Made by a program: the position numbers and the translations under genes. From assembly GCA_965249725.1 (NCBI GenBank), contig CBDFMQ010000002.1:736001-800000 (forward strand): a stretch of 64,000 nucleotides of DNA, written 5' to 3'. Below, one piece after another: positions 18,470-27,250 of this stretch; position 1 is the first letter of the stretch; each line of letters begins with the position of its first letter. This DNA is from Longimicrobiales bacterium. GTDB taxonomy: Bacteria > Gemmatimonadota > Gemmatimonadetes > Longimicrobiales > Gaopeijiaceae. Below the pieces are notes generated by a model. It saw only the letters and a list, made by a program, of their open reading frames with translations, was not told the DNA's origin and made no database searches.

Positions 18470-18785
18470 AGTCAATAGGGCGTAGCCCTCCCTTACCCGT
18501 CCGGGGTCCCGGAGGGGTGGCTCGGTCCACTGGGCTGTAGCTCAAGGCCTGCGTGATCATCTTCTAGTTTTCAAGTTCAGTACCGACGTCGCGTCCGATC
18601 TTGGGCGAGTCTCCTCTCACGAGGGCTCAGGCATCTATTCAGGTTTCGTCCCAGACGTGGGGACGTCCGAAGATCTGCTATGCGAGTGGGGGGCTCAGTC
18701 AGCAGAAGCGGGTCGTCTACTTCGAGCGACATGCGCGGCTTGGAGCTCACCCCCGTCGTGGTACGGTGCATCATGGTGTGTGATC
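18470..18785 (-). ncRNA. Putative bridge/seek RNA of the IS1111 element (exact ends unknown)
   Basis: Non-coding 3' end with stem-flanked segments matching the target and the circle junction. Confidence 0.75.
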
Positions 18786-19823
18786 TCAGTTTAGTTGTGT
18801 CACAGGCTCATCGTGCCAGACCTCACCGGTACGCAGCATCGCGTGCACGGCGCGAGCGAGACGACGAGCGGTGGCGACCCGGGCGACTTGCCAGCCGAGA
18901 CGCCCTTTGATCTGTTCGTAGGACCGCGATAGCCAGCTGTCGGGCGCGTGCGTGACGTGGCTCACGACGGCCCGAACGAAGGTGCCCCTCAGCCAGCGGT
19001 TCGCACCGGCGGGGATCGATCCGTGGCGAATGGGCCGGAGCCCTGACTGTGAAGAGCGTGGAGCGAGACCGGCGTAGCTGACCAGGTGGCCCGGAGTCCG
19101 GAATCGTGTGATGGGCAGTGTCTCTGTCGCGATGAGCAATGCCCGGTAGGGACCGATGCCGGGCACCGTCTCGAGCAGCGCCACGGCCGGGATCTTTTGG
19201 CCCATGTGCCCGACCCTGCGATCGAGCGTTCGGATCATCGGTACGATCTGGTCAATGAGGGCCCACTGCATGTCGATGAACAGACGCCGCTCGGCTCCGA
19301 GCAGGGGCCACGCCACGTCGCGCACCCACTGGCGTCCGTTCTGGGTGAGCAAGCGCCCACGCTCCAGATGAAGCCCGACGTTGTGGATCTGGGCGTGGAT
19401 GCGGTTCACCATCCGGGTACGTTCCCTCACGAGTCTTGCCCGGTTGCGCAGAAGCACCGCTTGCTCCCGCTGCTCGATGCACTTCGGATGGACCTCGGGG
19501 ATGAGGCCTGCCAGCCGCATACGCGCCAACAACTCGGCGTCGATGTCGTCACTCTTGTAGTTGGACTCGGCGATGACGCGGAGCCGCTTGGCGTGGGCGA
19601 GCACGAAGCGGATTCCATTGCCCTGGAGTTGATCGAAGAGCCACGGCCAGGCCGGACTCGTCTCGACGACCACCTCGAGGGGGCGATACTGCTCGAACAG
19701 TTCATCGAGTCGATCCGCTTCCTTGTTATTGATGCGAGCGGGTCCGTGCACGAGCTGACCTTTGTTGCTTACGATAGCGATCACTGAATACGTTGCGTGA
19801 GCATCAATCCCTGCGACAAACAT
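18786..19823 (-). CDS. IS110-family DEDD recombinase/transposase
   Basis: GID, VVET, KSDDIDA (DEDD), VPGIG, YAGLAPRSSQSG (catalytic Ser), ARRLAR. Confidence 0.97.
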   Translation of the reverse strand: MFVAGIDAHATYSVIAIVSNKGQLVHGPARINNKEADRLDELFEQYRPLEVVVETSPAWPWLFDQLQGNGIRFVLAHAKRLRVIAESNYKSDDIDAELLARMRLAGLIPEVHPKCIEQREQAVLLRNRARLVRERTRMVNRIHAQIHNVGLHLERGRLLTQNGRQWVRDVAWPLLGAERRLFIDMQWALIDQIVPMIRTLDRRVGHMGQKIPAVALLETVPGIGPYRALLIATETLPITRFRTPGHLVSYAGLAPRSSQSGLRPIRHGSIPAGANRWLRGTFVRAVVSHVTHAPDSWLSRSYEQIKGRLGWQVARVATARRLARAVHAMLRTGEVWHDEPVTQLN

Positions 19824-20004
19824 GGCTGGCCTCCTTGGGTTGGGTGCCGCAGGCCTTTGAGCAAGTTCAGCGTAACGCCCCGCTCGAGTGAGGTCAGCCT
19901 TCGCCTTATAAGATCAGCAGCATCGCAGTCCGTTAGGCGGAACTGAAGCCACCTGCGGATCATCGATGATGAGTGTCCTCTTCTCTAAGATCGGTTGAGT
20001 TTCG

Positions 20005-20337
20005 ATGCATGTAGTTAAGGCGAGCGAGCTGCCCTTCAAGGGCGTCTCGCGACAATTCGTTGGGGAGGAGAACGGGGATGTCGGAATCTCCATCTACCTC
20101 GTAGACGCACCAAAGGACGCCGGCCCCGGGCTTCACACACATCCCTATGATGAGGTCATCCTCGTACGCCGAGGAGCGGCTCTCTACACTGTGGATGGTG
20201 TCGAGTATGAGGCCGAAGCCGGTGACATCATTGTTGTGAAGGCTGGCGAGGTGCATGGTTTCCGCAGCATCGGGGACGAGCCGCTGGTCCAAGTCGATAT
20301 CCACTTAGGGTCTCGCTTCGGGCAGCACGATCTCTAG
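20005..20337 (+). CDS. Cupin domain protein (cassette after attC)
   Basis: GPGLHTHPYDE, GDIIVVKAGEVHGF. Confidence 0.9.
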   Translation: MHVVKASELPFKGVSRQFVGEENGDVGISIYLVDAPKDAGPGLHTHPYDEVILVRRGAALYTVDGVEYEAEAGDIIVVKAGEVHGFRSIGDEPLVQVDIHLGSRFGQHDL

Positions 20338-20404
20338 CGGGAGCTGCTCGCTGAAGTTCTATTCCCTGACAGGCTCTCTTGCAGCGGTGTGAAGAGGAAG
20401 AACG

Positions 20405-21367
20405 ATGATATCTCGACGTGATTGGCTTCGAATCAGCGCCGGCGCCGGCGCGGCGCTTGGTCTGAATCCGCGGATGCTGGAGGCGCTTCAGACAGGAGCG
20501 GTCCTGACCCGCGCGATCCCGTCTACCGGTGAGCAGCTTCCTGTGATCGGGCTGGGCGGCCGATGGATTTCGATGAACTCGAGTGCAGAGGAGCTCGCCG
20601 GCCACCGCGCGGTGCTTCACGCCCTGGCGGAAGGCGCCGAGGGCGTGGGGCGGGTCTTCGATAGCGCAGCTGGCTACGGTGGAGGCGGCTCGGAAACCTA
20701 TGCGGGTCAGTGGGCCCAAGAGGACGGATTCGCCGACGACATCTTCTGGGCCACGAAGGTGAATGTAGCCGGTCGAGGGGGCGGCTCGGCCGACCCTGGG
20801 AGCGTCCGGGCGCAGATCGAGCGGTCGTTTGAACGTCTCGGTGTTCCGGTGATCGATCTGAACCAGGTTCACAACATGGGCGATCCGCCCACCCAGCTGG
20901 GGATTCTTCAGGAATACAAGGAATCCGGTCGGATCCGCCACATCGGAATCACCACCACCAGCGAGACACAATACGGAGCGCTCGCCGGGGTCATGCGCGA
21001 GTACCCCATCGACTTCATCGGCATCGATTACGCCATCGACAACCGGGTGGCTGAAGATCAGATTTTCCCGTTGGCGCAGGACGAGGGGATCGCCGTCATG
21101 GTGTATCTGCCGTTCGGGCGCAGTCGGATGTGGAGTCGGATCGGTGACAGGCCACTCCCCGAGTGGGCGGCGGAGTTCGACGCGCACAGCTGGGCGCAGT
21201 TCATGCTGAAGTTCGTGGTCGCGCAACCCGCGGTCACCGTCGCGGTGCCCGGGACCGGTGACCCACAGCACATGGTGGACAATCTCGGTGGAGGCCGGGG
21301 ACGCCTACCCACGCCGGACCACCTCAAGCGAATGCTCGAACTCGTAGAGAGTCTTCCGGGCGCCTAG
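20405..21367 (+). CDS. Aldo/keto reductase with Tat signal
   Basis: SRRDWL; IGLG, FDSA..Y, ATK, QVHN. Confidence 0.9.
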   Translation: MISRRDWLRISAGAGAALGLNPRMLEALQTGAVLTRAIPSTGEQLPVIGLGGRWISMNSSAEELAGHRAVLHALAEGAEGVGRVFDSAAGYGGGGSETYAGQWAQEDGFADDIFWATKVNVAGRGGGSADPGSVRAQIERSFERLGVPVIDLNQVHNMGDPPTQLGILQEYKESGRIRHIGITTTSETQYGALAGVMREYPIDFIGIDYAIDNRVAEDQIFPLAQDEGIAVMVYLPFGRSRMWSRIGDRPLPEWAAEFDAHSWAQFMLKFVVAQPAVTVAVPGTGDPQHMVDNLGGGRGRLPTPDHLKRMLELVESLPGA

Positions 21368-21387
21368 GCTCCGCACGCGAGGACTTG

Positions 21388-21855
21388 ATGAGTTCTTCAG
21401 CGACGGTTCGACCATCTCTTCCGCCACGAGTGGCGTGGCTGCTTCCGATCGTGCTGCTGTTGCACCAGGCAGAAGAGTGGTTCGGCGGGTTTCCGGAGTG
21501 GACGAGCTTGGCCCTGGGCCGCGGAGTTGAGCCCGAGTCGTTCCTGCTCATCAACGCAGTGGGATTCCTTCTAATTACGTTCTGGACGGTGGTGGCCTTC
21601 CGGGATCGGCGGGGCGCCTGGATCGTTGTGTCGTTCGCCGCCCTCATGGGCCTCAATGCCGTCCTGCACGCGCTTGCCACGGTACTCGTCGGTCGCTATT
21701 CGCCGGGGACCGCGACGGGCCTGTTGCTGTCTCTTCCCCTGAGCATCGCGGTACTGCGATCGTCGGCTGATGGATTGCCCAGACGTCACTTCGTCGTCGC
21801 CGCGATGGCCGGCGTCCTGCTGCACGCCATAGTGACGTTCGTAGCTCTGGGCTAG
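21388..21855 (+). CDS. HXXEE-domain membrane protein
   Basis: LHQAEE, NAVLH, YSPG. Confidence 0.88.
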   Translation: MSSSATVRPSLPPRVAWLLPIVLLLHQAEEWFGGFPEWTSLALGRGVEPESFLLINAVGFLLITFWTVVAFRDRRGAWIVVSFAALMGLNAVLHALATVLVGRYSPGTATGLLLSLPLSIAVLRSSADGLPRRHFVVAAMAGVLLHAIVTFVALG

Positions 21856-21866
21856 AGGCGGTGCCC

Positions 21867-21915
21867 GCTCGCGCGCTTCACTTTCAGTCCACATCTTGAT
21901 CGCGTAGCAGAGCCG
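21867..21915 (+). other. Eroded attC copy (no R boxes)
   Basis: Aligns without gaps (about 70% by hand count) to the reconstituted attC centre GCTCGCGC...CATCTT..CGCG.AGCAGA. Confidence 0.6.
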
Positions 21916-22011
21916 AGTCGCCGAACTGATTTGGGAGATCGGTTTGCTCTACGCCGAGACCACCGGACGCAGTGAGGTGAATCGCATGTCCGTAATGCGG
22001 GGTGGACCAAT

Positions 22012-23115
22012 ATGAAGACCTCAAGACGACATTTCCTCCAACTTGTCGCAGGCGGCGCTGCCGGAGTGGCCATGCCCGGCATCTTGGGCGCCCAACGCGC
22101 AGACCTGACCTGGCATGACGTGCGCGAGTGGGGTGTCGAAGGCAAAGGCTGGTCCGATACCAAGCGCTACTTTGATCGGTTGCCGGGCAAGGCTGAGGGT
22201 CTTGTTCGGACACCCGTCTGGGACCTCTCCCGGCACTCCGCTGGCATGACGGTGCGTTTTACAACCGATGCGCCTGCCATCCACGTCCGCTACACCCTTC
22301 TTTCCGATCGCCTGGCGATGCCGATCATGCCCGCCACGGGTGTAAGCGGGTTGGATCTCTACGCTACAGACGCACAGGGGGTAGAACGGTGGGCCGGTGT
22401 TGTGCGGCCCACAGCGCAGTCGATCGAGACCGCGATCGCCACCGATCTCCGCGCGGGGGAGCGCCGCTATACGATCTACCTGCCGCTCTACAACGGAGTC
22501 GACTCGTTGGAGATTGGCACAGAGGCCGGCACCGTGTTCGAACCGATCGTCCCGCGCCCGGAACGGCCCATGCTGTTCTATGGCACCTCGATCATGCACG
22601 GCGCCTCCGCCTCAAGGCCCGGCATGGCGATCCCGGCGCTGCTCGGTCGCAGTTTGAACCGCCCGACCATCAACCTCGGCTTCTCCGGTAACGGGCGGAT
22701 GGAGCCCGAAGTCGGCGCTCTGCTCGCCGAGTTGGATCCTTGCGTCTTCGCCATCGATTGCTTGCCCAACATGCAGGAGGCGATGGTCGAGGAACGAGCT
22801 GCGCCGCTCGTACGACAGATCCGCGAGGCGCGTCCGGACACGCCGATCCTACTTGTTGAAGACCGGTCGTTTACCAATACGCGGTTCTTTCCAGCCCGAG
22901 AGGAGCGCCATCGCACAAACCGGGAGGCCTTGCGCCGTGCTTACCGACGGCTGCAGGACGAGGGGGTGGACCATCTGTTCTATCTGCAGGGCGAACAACT
23001 GCTAGGCGATGATGGCGAAGCCGCCACTGATGGCTCCCACCCGAGCGACCTGGGGATGGTTCGGTATGCCGATGCCTATGAGCCGGCGTTGCGCGCGTTG
23101 TTGCAGCAGTACTGA
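22012..23115 (+). CDS. SGNH/GDSL hydrolase with Tat signal
   Basis: SRRHFL; YGTSI, NLGFSGNG, DGSHP. Confidence 0.9.
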   Translation: MKTSRRHFLQLVAGGAAGVAMPGILGAQRADLTWHDVREWGVEGKGWSDTKRYFDRLPGKAEGLVRTPVWDLSRHSAGMTVRFTTDAPAIHVRYTLLSDRLAMPIMPATGVSGLDLYATDAQGVERWAGVVRPTAQSIETAIATDLRAGERRYTIYLPLYNGVDSLEIGTEAGTVFEPIVPRPERPMLFYGTSIMHGASASRPGMAIPALLGRSLNRPTINLGFSGNGRMEPEVGALLAELDPCVFAIDCLPNMQEAMVEERAAPLVRQIREARPDTPILLVEDRSFTNTRFFPAREERHRTNREALRRAYRRLQDEGVDHLFYLQGEQLLGDDGEAATDGSHPSDLGMVRYADAYEPALRALLQQY

Positions 23116-23123
23116 CTATCATC

Positions 23124-24104
23124 TTGGCATCCAGGCGTGATTGGCTCGGGATGACCGCGGGCGCGGTTGCCGCGCTCGGACTGAATCCCCGGCTCCTGGA
23201 GGCCCTTCAAGGGCTCCAGAGTCGGCCGCTCATCCAACGCGCGATTCCCAAGACGGGTGAGTTGCTCCCCGTCATCGGCTTGGGAAGTGCCAACACCTTC
23301 TCGGATATGGCCCTCAGGGAGTCCCGTAGCGAAGAGTACGACACGATTGGCGCGGTCCTTCGTGCTCTTGTCGAAGGGGGCGGCACCGTGTTCGACACGG
23401 CCTACGGATACGGCGCGAGCGAGCAGGTCTCAGGTCAGGTGGCGCAGGAACTCGGTTTCGCCGACCGCGTCTGGTGGGCGACCAAGGTCAACGCCGCACG
23501 CGTGAGTGGCGGGGCCAGTGGTGCGGCCGACCCGGCAGCGACGCGCTATCAGATCCAACGCTCCTTCCTTCGCCTGCGCCTGCGGCAGATCGACCTCCTC
23601 CAGGTCCACAACATGGGCGATCCGCCGACGCAGCTCGCCATCCTGAAGCAGTTGAAGGCCGAGGGGTTCGTCCGCTACATCGGCATCACGACCACCTTCG
23701 AGGGCCAGTACTCGGCGCTCGTCGACGTCATGCGGAGCGAGCCGATCGACTTCATCGGCATCGACTATGCGGTCGACAACCGCGCGGCCGAAGAGGTCAT
23801 CTTTCCCCTCGCGCTCGAACGCGAGATCGGCGTATTGGCCTACCTCCCGTTCGGCAGGGACAGAATGTGGGCACGGATCGGCGACCGTCCGCTCCCGGCT
23901 TGGGCGGCCGACTTCGACGCGCACACTTGGGCGCAGCTCATGCTCAAGTTCGTGATCGCACACCCGGCGGTCACTGTGGCCTGTCCGGGGACGAGCGACC
24001 CCGAGCACATGGCCGACAACCTCGGCGCGGGGCGTGGGCGGACTCCGCACCGTGATCAGCTGGACCGGATGATTCGCCTCGTGGAGGGCCTACCCGCGGG
24101 CTGA
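23124..24104 (+). CDS. Aldo/keto reductase with Tat signal (paralogue of 20405)
   Basis: SRRDWL; FDTAYGY, ATK, QVHN; TTG start. Confidence 0.9.
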   Translation: MASRRDWLGMTAGAVAALGLNPRLLEALQGLQSRPLIQRAIPKTGELLPVIGLGSANTFSDMALRESRSEEYDTIGAVLRALVEGGGTVFDTAYGYGASEQVSGQVAQELGFADRVWWATKVNAARVSGGASGAADPAATRYQIQRSFLRLRLRQIDLLQVHNMGDPPTQLAILKQLKAEGFVRYIGITTTFEGQYSALVDVMRSEPIDFIGIDYAVDNRAAEEVIFPLALEREIGVLAYLPFGRDRMWARIGDRPLPAWAADFDAHTWAQLMLKFVIAHPAVTVACPGTSDPEHMADNLGAGRGRTPHRDQLDRMIRLVEGLPAG

Positions 24105-24108
24105 GAGT

Positions 24109-24169
24109 CGATTGCTGCAATCGCGGCAGACGTGTGTTCGCGCACTCCGCGCGCGGTCACCATCTTGGC
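24109..24169 (+). other. Eroded attC copy (no R boxes)
   Basis: CGATTGCTGC..TCGCGG...GCGGTCACCATCTT; the last 14 bp are identical to 18429-18442. Confidence 0.7.
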
Positions 24170-24229
24170 AGTGCATACACGATGTCAACCCAACACGGGG
24201 ACCTCAATTATGAATCCGATCGCTGCCTC

Positions 24230-24389
24230 CAAGGGGACCAATACGGGAGAGGGCGGCCCCGGTGCTCCGACCGGAAACAAGGTCGAGACCGACTACGTCT
24301 ACGTGATGGAGTTCGACGGTGATCGAATCCGCCATATGACGAAGATCTGGAACGACGGCTTCGCCATGCGCCAACTGGACTGGGGTTAG
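24230..24389 (+). pseudogene. C-terminal fragment of a SnoaL/ester-cyclase-like gene
   Basis: GTNTGEGGP..PTGNKVETDYVYVMEFDGDRIRHMTKIWND, with no N-terminal half. Confidence 0.65.
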
Positions 24390-24454
24390 TCGGGCACGTG
24401 ACATCGTGAGTGCCCAGGTAGGCGGAGGGGCGTAGTAGGCGAGGCGAGCGCTCC

Positions 24455-24874
24455 CTAGTCTCGACGGGAGGAGATCATCCGAACGGCCCGGACTTCCTCA
24501 CCCCACGGCGCGATGTTGGTCATTTGTAGGACCAACTCGCCTGTCGGCGTCCGCAGACTCAATCCCGTGCGCCAACCCCAGTCAGACTCGGGGCCGTACA
24601 GGCCCTGCACCTGGAACATCCCTGAGGCGTCCCCGAGCGAACGACAGGTCATGGGCTCCGGCTGATGCCAACTGTCTTTGAACTCGGCACCTTCGTCGCT
24701 CAACGTGATGCTGCCCAGGTGGGCTTCCCCCTCGTAGCTCCAGGTGTAGCGAACGACGTGGCCGTCGATGGAAATCGTGCAATCGCTGCGCACGACGTCA
24801 TCGCCGAGTGGGTCGAGCCAGAGCTCCGCCGTACCGGCCCAATGCGTTCCATCGATGTCTGAGAGTGGGTTCAT
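24455..24874 (-). CDS. Hypothetical beta-rich protein (DUF1579-like)
   Basis: WAGTAELW, YTWSYEG, DSWH, WGWR. Confidence 0.7.
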   Translation of the reverse strand: MNPLSDIDGTHWAGTAELWLDPLGDDVVRSDCTISIDGHVVRYTWSYEGEAHLGSITLSDEGAEFKDSWHQPEPMTCRSLGDASGMFQVQGLYGPESDWGWRTGLSLRTPTGELVLQMTNIAPWGEEVRAVRMISSRRD

Positions 24875-25057
24875 GCCCCGATAGTAGTTCTCGCCCACAT
24901 CGGTCGCTACCGTCCGCTAGGCCTCCTGCTCGCGCACGAACACGCTGTTCACTATCTCGAGATCGTAACGAGATTCCCGGGCACGGGAAGATCGCTATCT
25001 ACATCCATGGTGGAGTGGAGCAGGGGCTGTGGCAGGTCCCATGAGCCGTCGGGTTGA

Positions 25058-25768
25058 CTACGACCCCGCTGGCTCATCGACGTCCGAGCGGGCTCCCAGT
25101 TGCTGGAGCGCTGCGGCCCAATCCAACAAGTCTCGCTCTCCCTGTGGCGAAAGCACGTAGTGGCCCTTCTTCACGCGATCGAACCACCCGTAGTGATTGT
25201 CGAGCAGTATCCGCCCGGCCCGCGTTACGCCGGTACGTTCCACTAGCACGCTCACTTTGAGGATGCCCTCATCCGCGAGTTGCCGGGCGCAGCGTAGGGC
25301 GTCCTGGCGGTAGGCGGTCAGCCGCTGTCGAGACGATGAGCCGCCATCCTCAGGATCCCCGACCCGCTCTGCGAACTCCCTGAGCAGGCGCTCGCGGCGG
25401 GCCGCTTGTGTTCTGGGCCGATACGGTGCGGGGTCCAGCACCGGTACGACGTTGCCGCGCGCCGAGACCGTGAGGAGGCCTACACCCAGTCGGCGAAGGA
25501 GGCGGGTGACCTGCTTCTTCCGGGTGCGCCATGAGGCACTGTGGCCCTTCCCGATTCGAAACGCCACGTAGACCGTGTCGGCGAAGGCGAGCCGGTCGAC
25601 CGCCTGTAATATGAGTGCCAGGCTCAGGCGCTCCTTCAACTCCACGACAACCGGCCCTTCATCGCCTCGTACGGCCATGACGTCGCAGGCTCCGATCTCT
25701 CCCTTCACCACGTAGCCCTGTGCCTCCAAGAACAGCTTGATTGGGCCGTAGAGATCGGCTTCAGCCAT
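25058..25768 (-). CDS. DUF2161 putative PD-(D/E)XK-type protein
   Basis: EADLYGP, GYVVKGE..CDV, VVELK, TAYRQDAL, NHYGWF. Confidence 0.85.
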   Translation of the reverse strand: MAEADLYGPIKLFLEAQGYVVKGEIGACDVMAVRGDEGPVVVELKERLSLALILQAVDRLAFADTVYVAFRIGKGHSASWRTRKKQVTRLLRRLGVGLLTVSARGNVVPVLDPAPYRPRTQAARRERLLREFAERVGDPEDGGSSSRQRLTAYRQDALRCARQLADEGILKVSVLVERTGVTRAGRILLDNHYGWFDRVKKGHYVLSPQGERDLLDWAAALQQLGARSDVDEPAGS

Positions 25769-26020
25769 ACGCGTCCATCCTGGGGATCCCTCCTCCAGCG
25801 CTCGTTGCAGGTTCTCGAGTGCACGGATGGCCCGTGCGACCGATGCGTGATTCTACCGGGACACGGAACGTGCAGTCCAGGTTGGCCATGTGCCGACCAC
25901 TGCGAAGCTCCCTGACGAGGGGCCGCTCGAATCGCCCGGGGGACACCCGTCTCGCGCGCTTCGGTCGTGGCCCGCATGTTGGTCGCGGGTGGACGCCACC
26001 GGCTAGCTATGGCCGGGGTA

Positions 26021-26470
26021 CTAGGCCAGCACGCCCCGCTCGACCATCGCCCGTGCATAGAGCCAAAGCCCCAGCGCGAAGACGAAGATCAGCATTGAGA
26101 AAACCAGGCCGAAACCTCCCAGGACCTCGAGTCCGTTGGAGAGAATGAAGTTGTGGATTGAGGTGACGACCATGGACAAGAATGAAACCAGAAGGACGCC
26201 TGCAGCGAGGCGCTTTCGTAGTAGCAGCAGGACTACTCCTAGGACCCCTCCCCAAACGGCCAGGGCCCAGAACGCCACGACCCACGTCGGGAAGCCATAG
26301 AAGAACTCGAGCTGTTCAGGAGTGAACTGGCTCATATAGGACTCGTTCTGGGTCTGTGTCGCGAGATAGTCGAACGCCCCGACGGAGTTCCAGAGGGCCC
26401 CCAGGATCCCGACGACCCAGAGATGCCATGGCCTGTCTGCTTGGTTGGTGGCAACGGTCTCTTCAGACAT
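26021..26470 (-). CDS. Four-TM hypothetical membrane protein
   Basis: PWHLWVVGIL.LWN, FPTW..AFWALAVWGG. Confidence 0.8.
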   Translation of the reverse strand: MSEETVATNQADRPWHLWVVGILGALWNSVGAFDYLATQTQNESYMSQFTPEQLEFFYGFPTWVVAFWALAVWGGVLGVVLLLLRKRLAAGVLLVSFLSMVVTSIHNFILSNGLEVLGGFGLVFSMLIFVFALGLWLYARAMVERGVLA

Positions 26471-26612
26471 CCGGTCCTCCTCGTGAGTGGTAGCGAGCGG
26501 GATAGAGGTGCCCTCCGACTTCCCGGCCCCGTTGTTCGGGGAATCCAGGTCAATCGGGGCAGGGGACCGGTCTCTTGTCAAGAATTGGGCGACCGACGAA
26601 CATGCCTGACCC

Positions 26613-27158
26613 ATGTCTATTCCGACACTTCAGATCCGACGGTTGACCCTGCGTCCCTTCGAGGTAGAGGACGCCCCGGCCGTTCAAGCCCTCGCCGGGG
26701 TCCCCGAGGTCGCCCTCACGACCCAGAACATCCCGTATCCTTATGAGGACGGGATGGCGGAGGCGTGGATCGCCACGCATTCGCCCAACTGGGATTCCCG
26801 CAAGTTCCTCGCGGTCGCCATCTCGTCGGAGTCCGATGGCCTGGTGGGGGCCGTGAGCCTCCACCTCGAGGCTGAGCACCGCAGAGGTGAGTTAGGCTAC
26901 TGGGTCGCCGTGCCCTTCTGGAATCGAGGGTACGCGACCGAGGCTGCGGGTGCGTTGATCGAATACGGCTTCACCGAACTGGACCTGAACCGGATCCAGG
27001 CACGTCACATGACGCGAAACCCGTCTTCGGGCCGGGTGATGGAGAAGCTCGGCATGAAGCTCGAAGGCATCCACAGGCAGCACGTTGTGGCGCATGGGGA
27101 GGTGGAGGACGTGGCCATGTACGCCATCCTCAGGTCGAATTATGACACGACTCGTTGA
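26613..27158 (+). CDS. RimJ/RimL GNAT acetyltransferase
   Basis: ELGYW..FWNRGYATEA, NPSSGRVMEKLGM. Confidence 0.93.
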   Translation: MSIPTLQIRRLTLRPFEVEDAPAVQALAGVPEVALTTQNIPYPYEDGMAEAWIATHSPNWDSRKFLAVAISSESDGLVGAVSLHLEAEHRRGELGYWVAVPFWNRGYATEAAGALIEYGFTELDLNRIQARHMTRNPSSGRVMEKLGMKLEGIHRQHVVAHGEVEDVAMYAILRSNYDTTR

Positions 27159-27250
27159 CGTTGCCTTTCGAAGTGGCACCGCGCCGGGACATCATCGGAT
27201 TCCACCGCTAACATCCCAATCGGACCCCAACTGACGAGCGAGTCACCAGC

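Larger units (their letters stand above)
18450..19914 (-). mobile_element. Intact IS110-family, IS1111-subgroup element (~1.46 kb) inserted in attC
   Basis: 13-bp sub-terminal inverted repeats at 18456-18468 and 19898-19910; GATCA shared at both junctions; long 3' non-coding end. Confidence 0.93.
18374..19938 (+). other. Complete ~100-bp attC site split by the IS (arms 18374-18449 and 19915-19938)
   Basis: CCATAAC..CTGCTGCTGTCGCGG...GCCGCG | IS | CAGCAGCATCGCAGTCC-GTTAGGC; the arms are mutually complementary. Confidence 0.85.

Noticed and set aside
24905..24925. Further attC R' (CCGCTAGGC)
   Set aside because: Lacks the invariant GTT and has no complementary arm
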